Assembly (NCBI RefSeq): GCF_009914755.1
Contig: NC_060938.1
DNA length: 64,000 nt
Reading direction: 5' to 3' (one strand)
Origin: the human T2T-CHM13v2.0 reference genome, Homo sapiens
A model generated the notes under the pieces. That model made no database searches. It was given only the letters and a program-made list of their open reading frames with translations, and had not been told where the DNA came from. Of the stretch, positions 63,086 to 64,000 are shown one piece after another (position 1 is the stretch's first letter; each line of letters starts with the position of its first letter). The position numbers and the translations under genes were made by a program.

Positions 63086-64000
63086 TTAATGGAATATCAA
63101 GTTCATGATGCTATATAAAATCTTTTTAAAGGACCAAATATTTTGAGTTGGAGAAAGCTTTTATCGACATGTCCAAGGACTAACAATGAAAAGAAATACC
63201 GTCACCTGACATAGCTAATAGAATCACTCAGTCTTTATTATGTATTTAGTTGAAAAGATTGGATTTATTCAACATTGAAAAAGAGGTGTAAAAGCCAACA
63301 TTTCACCCAACCAGCCTGCTAATCTAGCAAGCAAACTAGAAGCTCAAGATCTTGATAACTCCCTAACCATACTGTGTTGAACTCCATGTATTCCAGTAAA
63401 CACTAAAAATTTCTCTCCCCTTTAAACCATTATAAAGTTACCATCTTTGCTCTCAGGGATAAATAGAAATATATTTTATAAATAGATTGATAGCAATATA
63501 GCAATTCCTAGAAATGTCGTGGTAAGGAGAAGGAGGGTGATGGGTTGTGGGAAAATATCAGAGTATAATATCAAAATAGATAAAAGGTTTATAGAATAGA
63601 CCCTGGCTGCAATATCCATCATGCCCCCAGCTAAGTGCTGCAGTGCGGTTACAAATAAAGGTATTTCCAGCTTGGAAACATTCCCAGTTTTGCTTTAGCC
63701 TCAGTGTTCCACTGAGATCCTTGTAGACTAGGACCTGTAGGCCATGGGTCAGCTGTTAAACATTGAATTCATATGCCACGCCCACCCCACCCCACCTTTG
63801 TGAATTCAAGAAAATAGTTTTTTACAGATTCAATCGCATTCTTCTTCCACCTTTTCTCTTATATGCCTTAATTTTAGCGGACAAAAAATATTTTCATTAT
63901 TACCCTTGACTGTGGTCTTTGGCTTTTCATGCACATGTAATGTTTCCCTGAAACAGTCCCAGTGGTCACCCTGCTCACTGGTTTCTGACTGCAGCTTGGA

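Overview
This is AT-rich hominoid genomic DNA (an SVA, a solo LTR12 and L1PA elements are present), most likely intronic. Roughly half is recognisable transposon sequence: five large L1s (a 5'-inverted L1PA, a truncated L1PA3-type, a full-length L1PA5-type, an L1PA8-type and an L1PB-type), one truncated SVA, about a dozen Alu/FLAM copies, several solo LTRs, DNA transposons and STRs. No intact protein-coding gene is present; the ORF track is L1 ORF0/ORF1/ORF2 debris, Alu/LTR read-through or chance. Two signals are not explained by repeat annotation. First, two tail-to-tail L1s of different subfamily type, 2.1 kb apart, share a patch of private substitutions while keeping their own TSDs, which points to gene conversion between inverted repeats. 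Second, minus-strand splice architecture includes a strong 12-nt microexon candidate at 891-902 and a weaker 29-nt one at 53231-53259, suggesting an unidentified large minus-strand host gene. I found no evidence of a wholly new biological system. Subfamily names are from remembered consensus features, not database searches.
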